Shown here piece by piece: positions 27,291 through 36,959 of a stretch of DNA of 64,000 bases (positions within the stretch are counted from its first letter, which is position 1; each line of letters begins with the position of its first letter). This stretch comes from Myxococcota bacterium. GTDB lineage: Bacteria; Myxococcota; Myxococcia; Myxococcales; Myxococcaceae. The stretch lies in NCBI GenBank assembly GCA_049322255.1, contig JBMORE010000022.1:62001-126000 (forward strand), in the 5' to 3' direction. The position numbers were made by a program, and so were the translations under genes. Under the pieces are notes generated by a model. That model did no database searches and was not told the origin of the DNA. It worked only from the letters and a program-made list of their open reading frames with translations.

Positions 27291-28118
27291 TTGAATTGGC
27301 AACTTGCATGGCTCGCCTGCGCCGGCGCCGCGCTGGGCTGCGCCGTTGGACCGAAGTCTTCGCCCTCTGGTGCTTCGCTGGCCAGCGAAACGCGCGCGTC
27401 CAGCCGTAAGGCCCTGGTCCGGCGCGTCCTGTCGCAAAACGTGCGGCTGTTCGTGCTCGAGGGAGATCGGCCCAAGCGCAGTGCCTCGGGGGTGGTGGTG
27501 GGCTCGGAGGCGACGGCGAAGGGAGCGATGAGCTACGTGGTCACCAACGCGCACGCCATCGCCACCGGAGACCTGAAGGAGGCACGCCTTTTGGTGGTGG
27601 TGGACCACGGCCAGGAGACGATGGAGTACCCGGCCGAGCCCATCGCCATCGGCGAGGTGCCCCAAGTCGATTTGGCTCTCATCCGGGTGCCCGGGGTGAG
27701 CCTGCCGGCGGCGTCGTTGGCTGCCGACGAGGAGCTCGAGCTGGGCGACGACGTGGTGGTGGTGGCGGCGCCGTTCGGGCGCGCGTTGTCTTTGTCCGGG
27801 GGCATGGTCTCGCACATCGAGTGGGACAAGGAGGCCAAGGTGCCGCGCATGCTCAAGACCGACGCGCCCATCGGGTACGGCGCCTCGGGCGGCGGCGTGT
27901 ACTCGTTGGCCACGGGCCGGCTCTTGGCGATCGTCGAGGGCTACCGCACCGCGAAGATTGGCTTCGAGGTGGAAAAGCAGCTCCACAGCATCGACGTGCC
28001 GATGCCCGGCGAGACCTTCGCCGCCCCCAGCGCCAAGGTGCGGCGCTTCCTCCAGAGCAAGGGCTTCGCCCGCTTCCTTTCGCAGGTAGGCAAGGACGCG
28101 CGCGCGTCGGTGAAGTAA
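27291..28118 (+). CDS. Trypsin-like (S1) serine protease, probable lipoprotein
   Basis: TNAH, DLAL and GASGG triad motifs; LG-C; start uncertain (27246 or 27291). Confidence 0.85.
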   Translation: MNWQLAWLACAGAALGCAVGPKSSPSGASLASETRASSRKALVRRVLSQNVRLFVLEGDRPKRSASGVVVGSEATAKGAMSYVVTNAHAIATGDLKEARLLVVVDHGQETMEYPAEPIAIGEVPQVDLALIRVPGVSLPAASLAADEELELGDDVVVVAAPFGRALSLSGGMVSHIEWDKEAKVPRMLKTDAPIGYGASGGGVYSLATGRLLAIVEGYRTAKIGFEVEKQLHSIDVPMPGETFAAPSAKVRRFLQSKGFARFLSQVGKDARASVK

Positions 28119-28120
28119 AC

Positions 28121-28993
28121 CTACTGGAGCGGCAGCGTGCGCAGCTCGGCCGCCAGCGCCCTCAGCTCTCGCTCCCGCGGATTGCCGGCCCGCCAGATGA
28201 GCCGGAAATGATCGGGCTGCAGCTTGGCGCGAAACGGCTCCACCAGCCGCTTCGCCGCCAGGTCGGCACGGACGAAATACCGTGGCAGCACCGCGACCCC
28301 GGCACCTTCCAGCACCCGGTAGCGCACCGCTCCGATGGTGCCCAGGTATTCGACCTCGGAAAACTCCCAGCGCTCCGTGGCTGGCCGTGCATCGAGTAGA
28401 TAGCGGAAGAGGGGAAGGTCGGCGTGCAGGTCGAGCAAGCGGTGTGCGGGCGCATCGCCAAAGCGGCGCAAGGGCGTGCCCGCCAGGAGGCGCGCAGAAG
28501 CCACCAGCGCGTATCGCTCCTCGTGGAGCAGCTCGTAGCGGAAGTCGCCTCCCGTGAGCCGCACGCTGCTCACCGCGCAGTCCATGGTGCCGCGCCGTAT
28601 CCCCTCCAGCAGAACAGGGCTGTCGCCGAACGCCAGATGGAGCCGGCGCTCCGGGCGTGCCGTGCGCAGTCGACCCAGGGCGGGGGTCAGCCAGGACAGC
28701 CCCAGCTCGAAGCGGGTGCCCACGGTGAGCTCGAAAGGCACCGGCGCCTCGGTGGCAGCTCCTAAGCAGCGTCGGGCTTCCTCCAACGCGCGCTGCGCTT
28801 GGGGCAAAAGGCGCTCGCCTGCCGCGGTGAGCGCCACCCGGCGGGTGGTGCGTTCGAAGAGCGCTGCGCCCACCTGCTCCTCCAGACGCTTGATGCGCTC
28901 CCCGAATGCCGCGGGAGACAGCGCCACCGCCGCCGCCGCCGCGCGAAAATTGAGCTGCGCCGCCGCGGCCTCGAAGCACCGCAGTGATTCCAA
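28121..28993 (-). CDS. LysR family transcriptional regulator
   Basis: LRCF..AA...NF.AAA....LE..G..LFERTTRRVALT.AG; homology may extend to about 29020. Confidence 0.9.
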   Translation of the reverse strand: MESLRCFEAAAAQLNFRAAAAAVALSPAAFGERIKRLEEQVGAALFERTTRRVALTAAGERLLPQAQRALEEARRCLGAATEAPVPFELTVGTRFELGLSWLTPALGRLRTARPERRLHLAFGDSPVLLEGIRRGTMDCAVSSVRLTGGDFRYELLHEERYALVASARLLAGTPLRRFGDAPAHRLLDLHADLPLFRYLLDARPATERWEFSEVEYLGTIGAVRYRVLEGAGVAVLPRYFVRADLAAKRLVEPFRAKLQPDHFRLIWRAGNPRERELRALAAELRTLPLQ

Positions 28994-29077
28994 ATCAGGA
29001 AGAATTCGGGACCTCTCAATTGGCTCCTTTTATCCTACCTTCGGCAGGCGCCATGCTGGTGGCCGCACGGAGGGCTT

Positions 29078-31054
29078 ATGCGCGCACTTTTCCTGATGGT
29101 TGCGGCAGTGTTCCTAGGTGCATGCAACTGTGGGCGGCCGGCGGTGGGGCCGGACAACGGAAACGGCGGTGGCGGGGCGAGTGGCGGAGGAGGAGGTGCG
29201 GGCGCTGCCTGCATCGCAGGGGCGGTCTCCATCGCGGTGACGCCGGCCGACGCCACGGTCACCGTGCCCTCGAGCGGGGCAGGGCCGGTTCAATTGACGG
29301 CCACGGCGACGATGGGCGACGGCTCCACGGCGGACGTCACGGGTCAAGTGAGCTGGACGGTGACCCGCGATGACGACACCCCACCCGGGAGCATCGCGGC
29401 CGGCAGCTTCACCCCTCACGCGGGGGCGGGTGGCTCGATTCAGGTCACCGCCTCCGACGGGTGCGTCAGCGGTACCACCCGCGTCACCCTGCAGCTCGAA
29501 GCCACCTTCGACGACCCGGGGCCAGCGGTGACGGGGCGCTTCGGAGGTACGGTGGTGACGGGGAACGCGGCCCTGGCTCCCGCCATCGTCTACCCGAACA
29601 CCGAAACGCGCTTCCCGCGCAACATCTACAAGGTGCTCTTCCAGTGGCGCGCCAACGGCAACGACTACTTTCGCCTGAACTTCGAGGGGCCGAAGGCGAA
29701 GGTGGTGGTCTACAGCGATGGGGCGTTCGCCCAGTGCGCGGCGGCGTCCCCTCCGGCCGGCTGCTACGAGGCGGACACCCAGTCTTGGCTGGCCATCGCC
29801 GGCTCCAACGCGGGCGAGGTGGTGACCTTGACGGTCGACGGAGTGCGCCCCAACGACACCAACGTGTACCGCAGCGCCCCCATTCGCCTCGGGTTCTCCA
29901 AGCGCGACGTGAAGGGCGCCCTCTTTTATTGGTCGACCACCGTGGCGGGGATTCGCCGTGCCGCGGTGTCCGACGCCGCTCCCGAGGGCTACATCGTGGC
30001 CAAGCCGGTGGCGACGGTGCTGCCCAGCCCGGGGGGCACGGTGAAGTGCGTGGCCTGTCACACCGTGTCGCGCAGCGGGAAGAAGATTGTCGCCTTCTCG
30101 GATACCACGGCCTCCAAGGGCATTTACGTCTACGACGTCACCTTGACCCCGCCGCCCACGCCGGTGATCACCACCCAAATCACCGACAAGAAGGGCTTTG
30201 GCACCTTCTCTCCGGACGATGCGCGGGTGGTGGCGACGGTGGGCGACAAGCTGGCCGAGTTCGACGCGAACAACGGGACGAAGCTGGCCGACCTCCCGAT
30301 GGCCAAAGGCACCAACCCCGACTGGTCTCCCACCGGGAAGGAGCTGGTCTACTCGAACCAAGGAGGCGACTCGCCCGGCAACGCGTCGCTGGAGGTCATC
30401 GACTACACGAACGGGCAGTGGGGGCCAACGCGTCTTCTGGTGGCGGCGGCGGGGCTGACCAACCTCTTCCCCAGCTACTCGCCCGATGGAACCCACGTCG
30501 CCTACAGCCGCGGTCAAGGGGGGCACGGGGACAGGACGTTTCAGCTCTTTTTGGCTCCTTCCGACGGCGGCACTCCCGTGGAGCTGGTCACCGCCAATCG
30601 CCACGTGAACAACCTCGTCACCGACGGCCAGTTCGAGAACAACATGCCCACCTGGGCGCCCCCGGGAGACTTGGATTGGGTGGCATTCAACTCCTTACGC
30701 CCCTACGGGGTGGTTTTCCCCAATGGCGGCACCCAACAGATTTGGGTGGCGGCGATCGACCGCGGAAAGCTCGGCACCGGACAGGACCCCAGCTTCCCCG
30801 CCTTCCGCTTCGCCTTCCAGAACTTGAACGAGAACAACCACCGCGCGTACTGGACGCTCGACGTGCGCGTGCCGGAGGACGGCGGAACCCTCCAAGAAGG
30901 CGGCGGTGATGGAGGCACCACAGATGCGGGGACGTGTCTGGCGGAAGGCGCGCCCTGCGACCAGACCTCCGGGCCCGTCTGCTGTGGCGCCTTGGTTTGT
31001 GACACCGCCGTGGACGCCGGTGGTTTTGCCTGCAAGGGGCTGCAGGTGAACTAA
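29078..31054 (+). CDS. Lipoprotein with Ig-like and TolB/PD40 beta-propeller repeats
   Basis: LGA-C lipobox; FSPDD, PDWSPTG, PSYSPDG and PTWAP repeats. Confidence 0.8.
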   Translation: MRALFLMVAAVFLGACNCGRPAVGPDNGNGGGGASGGGGGAGAACIAGAVSIAVTPADATVTVPSSGAGPVQLTATATMGDGSTADVTGQVSWTVTRDDDTPPGSIAAGSFTPHAGAGGSIQVTASDGCVSGTTRVTLQLEATFDDPGPAVTGRFGGTVVTGNAALAPAIVYPNTETRFPRNIYKVLFQWRANGNDYFRLNFEGPKAKVVVYSDGAFAQCAAASPPAGCYEADTQSWLAIAGSNAGEVVTLTVDGVRPNDTNVYRSAPIRLGFSKRDVKGALFYWSTTVAGIRRAAVSDAAPEGYIVAKPVATVLPSPGGTVKCVACHTVSRSGKKIVAFSDTTASKGIYVYDVTLTPPPTPVITTQITDKKGFGTFSPDDARVVATVGDKLAEFDANNGTKLADLPMAKGTNPDWSPTGKELVYSNQGGDSPGNASLEVIDYTNGQWGPTRLLVAAAGLTNLFPSYSPDGTHVAYSRGQGGHGDRTFQLFLAPSDGGTPVELVTANRHVNNLVTDGQFENNMPTWAPPGDLDWVAFNSLRPYGVVFPNGGTQQIWVAAIDRGKLGTGQDPSFPAFRFAFQNLNENNHRAYWTLDVRVPEDGGTLQEGGGDGGTTDAGTCLAEGAPCDQTSGPVCCGALVCDTAVDAGGFACKGLQVN

Positions 31055-31177
31055 AAAGAGGCGCATCACATTCGATGCCGGCCCAGGGTTCACGAGGCGA
31101 TGGACCAAGCCCGCGGGGTCTGTCAGATCTCTCTTCGGCGGCGGAAAATTTTTCCATCGCCAAGCGAGGGAAGTGAC

Positions 31178-31636
31178 ATGGCCGAGCGCAGCAGTTGGGA
31201 CCAGTACTTCATGGACATCGCCGTGCAGGTGGCCACCAGGGCCACGTGCGACCGCAAGCACGTGGGAGCGCTTTTGGTGCGCGATCGAACCATCCTCTCC
31301 ACCGGCTACAACGGCTCGATTCGCGGGCTCGCACACTGCGACGAAGTGGGGCACATGATGGAGAACGGCCACTGCGTCGCCACGGTGCACGCCGAGGCCA
31401 ACGCCATCATTCAGGCGGCCAAGAACGGTGTCGCCATCGACGGGGCGACCATCTACACCACCGCCAGCCCGTGCTGGCCGTGCTTCAAGCTCATCGCCAA
31501 CTCCGGCTGCGTGCGCATCGTCTTCGGCGAGTTCTACCGGGACCAGCGTATCTTCGAATACGCCGCCCGCCTGCGCATCGAGCTCGTTGGTGTGGGGGAA
31601 AAGGCCGAAGCGCCCGCAACGGAGCGGGTCGGCTAA
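31178..31636 (+). CDS. dCMP deaminase (ComEB family)
   Basis: WDQYFM, GYNG, HAEANA, PCxxC. Confidence 0.92.
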   Translation: MAERSSWDQYFMDIAVQVATRATCDRKHVGALLVRDRTILSTGYNGSIRGLAHCDEVGHMMENGHCVATVHAEANAIIQAAKNGVAIDGATIYTTASPCWPCFKLIANSGCVRIVFGEFYRDQRIFEYAARLRIELVGVGEKAEAPATERVG

Positions 31637-31783
31637 GGCCGTCGCACCGTCAACAGTGGCATGCCGACGGCGGCGACGCGTTGTTCACTTTGCCTCCGAG
31701 GCCGGAAGTTTCTACAGGCTGAGCGTTGACGCTCTTAGGGGCGCTGCCTACATCCTTGGGAACACCCCCCCAAGGAGTCCCCC

Positions 31784-32452
31784 GTGCTCCCTGCCCATAC
31801 GAAAGAGGAGTCTTCTCTTGGCCAGGCGTCGACGTCGCTGATCATCGCTCGAGCGCGGCACCTCCCCGCGCTGGTCGACGACCTGTTGCACGACGCGCGT
31901 AACCCGCTCAACGCGCTGTCGATCAACGTCGAGGTGATGGCCGAGCGGCTGCGCCGCGACGCGGGCGGGGTGCTTTCGGCGGCGCAAGAGAAGAGCGTGA
32001 AGGCAATTCGCGACCAGGTGCATCGCGTCGACGCCATCTTGCGCGAGTTCGCCGAGTTCCTCGCGCCCAGGGCCCAACCTGGATCGGTGGATCTGTCGGC
32101 CCTGGTCGAGCGCGCGCTCGAGGTTGCCGGCCACCAGGCGAGGAAGCGGCGGCTCTTGCTGTCGGCCGACGTCACCGCCGACGTGAAGGTGAGCGTGAAC
32201 GCAGACCGTCCGGTGCACGACGTCGTGCTCCTGCCGCTCTTGAGGGCGATCGCCCGCTCTGCCGACGGAGGAACGCTCCGGGTTTCTCTGCGCCGGGCCA
32301 ACCGGTACGCCGTCTTTCGAGTGGAGGACCAAGGAGCAGCCGGCGAAGAGGTGGAGGAGTCGGCGCAGGCGATATCGACGCTGTGTCAGGAGCACGATGG
32401 ACGGGCGGAGCTGACCGGCGGGGTGTCGGAGATTTTCTTGCCGCTGGCCTAA
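31784..32452 (+). CDS. Sensorless histidine kinase-like protein with degenerate ATPase domain
   Basis: H-box LHDARNPLNAL; VEDQG remnant; no N, F or G2 boxes. Confidence 0.7.
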   Translation: MLPAHTKEESSLGQASTSLIIARARHLPALVDDLLHDARNPLNALSINVEVMAERLRRDAGGVLSAAQEKSVKAIRDQVHRVDAILREFAEFLAPRAQPGSVDLSALVERALEVAGHQARKRRLLLSADVTADVKVSVNADRPVHDVVLLPLLRAIARSADGGTLRVSLRRANRYAVFRVEDQGAAGEEVEESAQAISTLCQEHDGRAELTGGVSEIFLPLA

Positions 32453-32479
32453 AGAAACCAAAAAGGAAAGGGACGAGTT

Positions 32480-33871
32480 GTGACCGGAGCACGGATACTG
32501 GCCGTCGACGACGAGGGCGCCACCCTCGAGGCGCTCACCGAGATGTTCGGCTTGTGGGGGTACAAGCCGCAGACCGCCGTGGACGGGACCGACGCCATCA
32601 AGAAGGCGATCGAGTTTCGGCCCGACGTGGTGCTCTCCGACTTGGCGATGCCGGGCACCGACGGCTTGTGGCTTTTACGCGCCCTCAAGGAGGAGATGCC
32701 CGACTGCCCGGTCATCTTCCTCACCGGCCGCGCGACGGTGGACGCGGCGGTGGAGGCGATTCGGGAGGGGGCCTACGACTTCATCGAGAAGCCGATCGAC
32801 TCGGCGCGCCTGCGCACCTGTATCGCCCGCGCGCTCGAGCGCAAGGAGACGATGCGCGAGGTGCAAGGGCTTCGCCGCCGTCTCAAGCAGCTGGGCGCCT
32901 CGGAGTTCATCGGGCAGTCGGGGTCGATGCGCAGGGTGTTCGAGCTCATTCAGAAGGTCGCGCCGGCCAAGGCCTCGGTGGCGATCACCGGAGAGTCGGG
33001 CACCGGAAAAGAAATGGTCGCCCGGTCGATTCACAACTTGTCGCAGCGGCGGGAGAAACCTTTCCTCGCCATCAACTGCGCCTCCATACCCGCGACCTTG
33101 ATGGAGTCGGAGATCTTCGGACACGAGCGCGGCGCTTTCACCGGCGCCGACCAGCGCCGCCCGGGAGTGTTCGAGCTGGCGCACGGAGGCACGCTCTTTC
33201 TCGACGAGGTGGGGGAGATTCCCGTCGAGCTGCAGGCCAAGCTCTTGCGGGTGCTCGAGGAGGGCCGGCTCCGAAGGTTGGGCGGCAAGGTCGAGCTCGA
33301 GGTCGACGTGCGCGTGTTGTGCGCCACCAACCGAGATTTGAAGAGCGAGATCAAGAACGCCCGCTTCCGCGAGGACCTCTTCTTTCGCCTCAACGTTTTT
33401 CAAATCGGCCTGCCCCCGCTGCGCGAGCGCCGCGAGGATGTGCCGCTGCTCGCCCAGTACTTCGTGGAGAAATTCGGCTCCGAGTCGGGCAAGCGCGTCA
33501 GCGGCATTCACCCCGACGCGCTCGACGTTTTGCGCGGCTACGACTGGCCGGGCAACATTCGCGAGCTGCGCAACGCCGTCGAGCGGGCGGTCATTCTCTC
33601 CGACGGCGAGCTCATCACCCTCGACCACCTTCCCCCCGACATGGCAGGCAAAGGCCCTGAGCGGGCGTCGTTTCGGCTGCCCTTCGGCCTCACCCTCGAC
33701 ATCGTCGAGAAGGAGTACATTCTCGGCAGCTTGTTGCGAAACAACAACAACAAGGCCCGCACCGCCGAGGTGCTCGGGGTGAGCGAGAAGACCCTGTACA
33801 ACAAACTCAACCGCTATGCCGCCGAGGCGCGCACCGCTCGCCCTGAGAGCGTCCAACCCCGCGATACCTGA
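32480..33871 (+). CDS. Sigma54-dependent response regulator (NtrC family)
   Basis: Receiver DD/D/T/K, GESGTGKE, GAFTGA, WPGNIREL, Fis-type HTH. Confidence 0.95.
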   Translation: MTGARILAVDDEGATLEALTEMFGLWGYKPQTAVDGTDAIKKAIEFRPDVVLSDLAMPGTDGLWLLRALKEEMPDCPVIFLTGRATVDAAVEAIREGAYDFIEKPIDSARLRTCIARALERKETMREVQGLRRRLKQLGASEFIGQSGSMRRVFELIQKVAPAKASVAITGESGTGKEMVARSIHNLSQRREKPFLAINCASIPATLMESEIFGHERGAFTGADQRRPGVFELAHGGTLFLDEVGEIPVELQAKLLRVLEEGRLRRLGGKVELEVDVRVLCATNRDLKSEIKNARFREDLFFRLNVFQIGLPPLRERREDVPLLAQYFVEKFGSESGKRVSGIHPDALDVLRGYDWPGNIRELRNAVERAVILSDGELITLDHLPPDMAGKGPERASFRLPFGLTLDIVEKEYILGSLLRNNNNKARTAEVLGVSEKTLYNKLNRYAAEARTARPESVQPRDT

Positions 33872-34044
33872 ACCTGAATCTCCGCAGCTGACGCGACGCG
33901 GCAACCACATTGTAGGCCTACGAGCAGGCGACCGGCGAAAACCCGCGCCACTGCTTGACTTTTGCCCCCGGAAAGAGGGACTCTTGCCGCCCCTCAAACC
34001 GGCCCGGTCGAGGTGTTTTGGGGCGATCAGGAAGGCTTACCGTA

Positions 34045-35979
34045 ATGACGCAACCCCAGCAGGTCCTGCACTTCTTCGGCGGTAAAGGTGGCGCCGGGAA
34101 GACGACGCTCTCCACCGCCTTCGCGCTGAACCTGTCGGAAAGGCTGCCGAAGGAAAAAGTTCTCCTCGTCTCCGTCGATCCGGTCGGGGCGATCGGAGAT
34201 CTGTCGAAAAAGAAGCTCTCGGCCAAGCCCACCAAGCTCGCCGCAGGGAAGGGCGCCGGGGGGCTCTTCGCCGTGGAGCTTTCGCCCAAGGCCCTGCTCG
34301 ACCCCTTCTTGAAGAAGTACAAACCAGCGCTTTTGGCCGCTGCTCGCAAAGGTGCAGTGCTCAGCGATGACGATGCGCAGCGGGTGCTCGAACCGGTGTT
34401 GGCCGGCCTCGAGGAGCTGGCGGTGCTCTTGTGGCTTTCCGAGCAGCTCGAGTCGAAGGCCTTCGATCGGCTGGTGATCGACGCCTCGCCCACCAGCCAC
34501 GCGTTGCGCCAGTTCGACGTGCCAGCGGCGGTGCGCAAGTTTCTCGCCATCGTGCGGGCGGAGAAGGGCAGCAAGGGCAAAAAGGAAAGCGAGGGCGGGC
34601 TCACCGACGCGCTGGTGGAGAGGGTGGAGGGGCTGTTGGCGCTGCTCAAAGACCCTGCAAAGACCACCTACCACCTGGTGGCGCTGGCCGAGCCGGTGCC
34701 CGAGGCGCAGACGCGGCTTTTCTTCGCAGGCCTGCGCGAGCGCGGCATTCACGTGAGCGAGATCGTCGTCAACATGATCGAGGACGGGCAGGGCGGGCCC
34801 GAGTTCCAGGGCCGGCGGGGGCTGCAGGCGCCGCACGTGCGCAAGCTCCAGCAGCTCGACCGCACGGTGCCCGTGGCGCTGTTGGGCCGCCGCGAGGTGG
34901 CGCCCAAAGGCCTGGAGGCGGTGAAGAAGCTCGCCAAGGAGTGGGCGAGCGGCAAGGAGACCAAGGCGCTGGAGTTCTCGGCCGCCGAGGGACCGCCGGC
35001 GTTGGTGCGCGCGCCCTCGATGCCGCCCATCGCCGCGCCACCGCTGCCGCCCACGCGGCTCATCTTTTTCGTCGGTCACGGAGGGGTGGGGAAGAGCTCC
35101 TGCGCCGCCGCCGCCGCGGTGACCCTCACTGAGAAAGAGGGGCCGGTGCTCCTCCTCTCCACCGACCCCGCGCACTCGCTCTCCGACGTGCTGCAGAGCC
35201 GGCTGACCGACACCGAAACCCAGGTGAAGGGCACCAAGGGGCTCTACGCACGCGAGCTCGACATGCCGGTGTGGTTTGCCAACCTGCGGCGCCGCCTCAA
35301 GGAGAAGGCGGAGAAGATCTTCGGGCCCGAGGTGAAAGGCCAAGAGGTTCCCTACGACCGCGAGGTGTTGCGAAACCTGCTCGACTGCGCCCCCGCAGGC
35401 TTAGAAGAGCTGGCGGCGCTGTGGGCGCTCACCGATGCATTGGTGCAGGAGCGCTTCAAGCGCATCGTGGTCGACCCCAGCCCTTCGACTCACGTGGTGC
35501 GGCTGCTCGAGCTGCCCGAGCTGGCCAAGAGCTGGCTCACCGCGCTCTTGGGCATCTTGGTGAAGTACCGCGCCAAGGGCACCGGTGAGCTCGCCGACGA
35601 AGTTTCGGCGATGCTCAAGCACGTCAAGCGCTTCGAAGAAGCGCTGGCGAGCCCCTCGGAGTCCCGCTTCGTGGTGGTGACCCGCGCCGAGGAGATGGCC
35701 GCGTCGCGCACCGAGCGGCTGGTCGACTATCTCCAAAGCAAGAAGCTCGCGGTGGAACGCGTGCTGGTGAACCGCGTGCTGCCCAAGTCGTCGAGCCCCA
35801 AGTGGGAGAACCGCCGCAAGAACGAGCTGTTGGCCACCAAGTACATCGAGAAGAAGATCGGCTTGCCGGTCACCGTGGCCCCTGCCCTGGGGCGCCACCC
35901 CGCCGGCTTGCGTGAGCTCAAGGCGTTTCGCACCGCCTGGTACGCGCTGTCGGCGAACGCGAAGATCAAAGCCGCCTAG
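34045..35979 (+). CDS. Tandem-domain ArsA/GET3 family ATPase
   Basis: GKGGAGKTT and GHGGVGKSS; STDPAHSLSD in the second domain. Confidence 0.85.
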   Translation: MTQPQQVLHFFGGKGGAGKTTLSTAFALNLSERLPKEKVLLVSVDPVGAIGDLSKKKLSAKPTKLAAGKGAGGLFAVELSPKALLDPFLKKYKPALLAAARKGAVLSDDDAQRVLEPVLAGLEELAVLLWLSEQLESKAFDRLVIDASPTSHALRQFDVPAAVRKFLAIVRAEKGSKGKKESEGGLTDALVERVEGLLALLKDPAKTTYHLVALAEPVPEAQTRLFFAGLRERGIHVSEIVVNMIEDGQGGPEFQGRRGLQAPHVRKLQQLDRTVPVALLGRREVAPKGLEAVKKLAKEWASGKETKALEFSAAEGPPALVRAPSMPPIAAPPLPPTRLIFFVGHGGVGKSSCAAAAAVTLTEKEGPVLLLSTDPAHSLSDVLQSRLTDTETQVKGTKGLYARELDMPVWFANLRRRLKEKAEKIFGPEVKGQEVPYDREVLRNLLDCAPAGLEELAALWALTDALVQERFKRIVVDPSPSTHVVRLLELPELAKSWLTALLGILVKYRAKGTGELADEVSAMLKHVKRFEEALASPSESRFVVVTRAEEMAASRTERLVDYLQSKKLAVERVLVNRVLPKSSSPKWENRRKNELLATKYIEKKIGLPVTVAPALGRHPAGLRELKAFRTAWYALSANAKIKAA

Positions 35980-35988
35980 CGCGCGCCC

Positions 35989-36957
35989 ATGGCCAACGGC
36001 ACCCCCTTCGCGCTCGACTTCGAGCGGCCGCTCATCGAGCTGGAGAAGAAAATCTCCGAGCTCAAGGCGCTTTCTCAGACCGGCCCGGTCGACTTCACCG
36101 CCGAGATTGGCAAGCTGGAGAAGAAGGCGCGCAAGCTGCAAGACGAAATCTTCAGCGATCTTTCCCGCTGGCAGGTGGTGCAGCTGTCGCGACACCCGGC
36201 TCGGCCGTACTTCCTCGACTACCTGGCCCAGCTGTGCACCGACTTCGTCGAGCTCGGTGGCGATCGTCACTTCGGGGAGGACGCGTCGATCGTCGGCGGC
36301 TTTGCCCGTTTCAATGGAAGGCCGGTGCTGGTCCTGGGCCACCAGAAGGGGCGTGGCACCAAGGAGAACATGGTTCGCAACTTCGGCATGCCCATGCCCG
36401 AGGGCTACCGCAAGGCGCGGCGGCTGATGGAGCTGGCCGAGCGGTTCGATCGCCCTATCCTCACCTTCGTGGACACCCCGGGCGCCTACCCGGGCATCGG
36501 CGCCGAAGAGCGGGGTCAGGCCGAGGCGATCGCCGTCAACCTCGAGGTGATGAGCCGCCTTCGGGTGCCAATCATCTCCACGGTGATCGGCGAGGGTGGC
36601 TCGGGTGGAGCGCTGGCCATCGGGGTGGGCAACCGGGTGCTGATGATGGAGAACAGCATCTACTCGGTGATCAGCCCCGAGGCGTGCTCCTCCATTCTCT
36701 ACCGCGACCCCACCAAGGCGGAGAAGGCGGCCGACTCGCTCAAGCTCACCGCGAAAGACCTTTTGTCCCTCGGGGTGGTGGACGAGGTGATTGCCGAGCC
36801 ACCCGGGGGAGCGCACCGCGATCCGTCCAAGGCCTTCGCGGCGCTCGCCGAAGGGCTTCGCCGGCACCTGGGGCAGCTGTCGAACATGTCGGGCGACGAG
36901 CTGGTCGACGATCGCTACGCCAAGTTTCGCGCGATGGGCGCCTTCTCGGGCAAGTGA
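35989..36957 (+). CDS. accA: Acetyl-CoA carboxylase carboxyltransferase alpha
   Basis: LDFERP, RHPARP, GEGGSGGALAI, ISPEACSSIL. Confidence 0.97.
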   Translation: MANGTPFALDFERPLIELEKKISELKALSQTGPVDFTAEIGKLEKKARKLQDEIFSDLSRWQVVQLSRHPARPYFLDYLAQLCTDFVELGGDRHFGEDASIVGGFARFNGRPVLVLGHQKGRGTKENMVRNFGMPMPEGYRKARRLMELAERFDRPILTFVDTPGAYPGIGAEERGQAEAIAVNLEVMSRLRVPIISTVIGEGGSGGALAIGVGNRVLMMENSIYSVISPEACSSILYRDPTKAEKAADSLKLTAKDLLSLGVVDEVIAEPPGGAHRDPSKAFAALAEGLRRHLGQLSNMSGDELVDDRYAKFRAMGAFSGK

Positions 36958-36959
36958 AC

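Noticed and set aside
22089..28979. 2296-aa minus-strand ORF as one giant protein
   Set aside because: Only 22089-24854 is a plausible gene. The rest is the antisense shadow of the prkA-like and protease genes plus an off-frame overlap with LysR, as expected from high-GC codon bias.
31657..31672. Possible sigma54 promoter TGGCAT-N-GC upstream of the pseudo-kinase
   Set aside because: The -12 element lacks TTGC and lies in a GC-rich hairpin after the upstream stop; too weak to call.
34045..35979. Arsenic-resistance locus
   Set aside because: No arsB, acr3, arsC or arsD. The nearby ArsR protein is a SahR-type fusion linked to ahcY.
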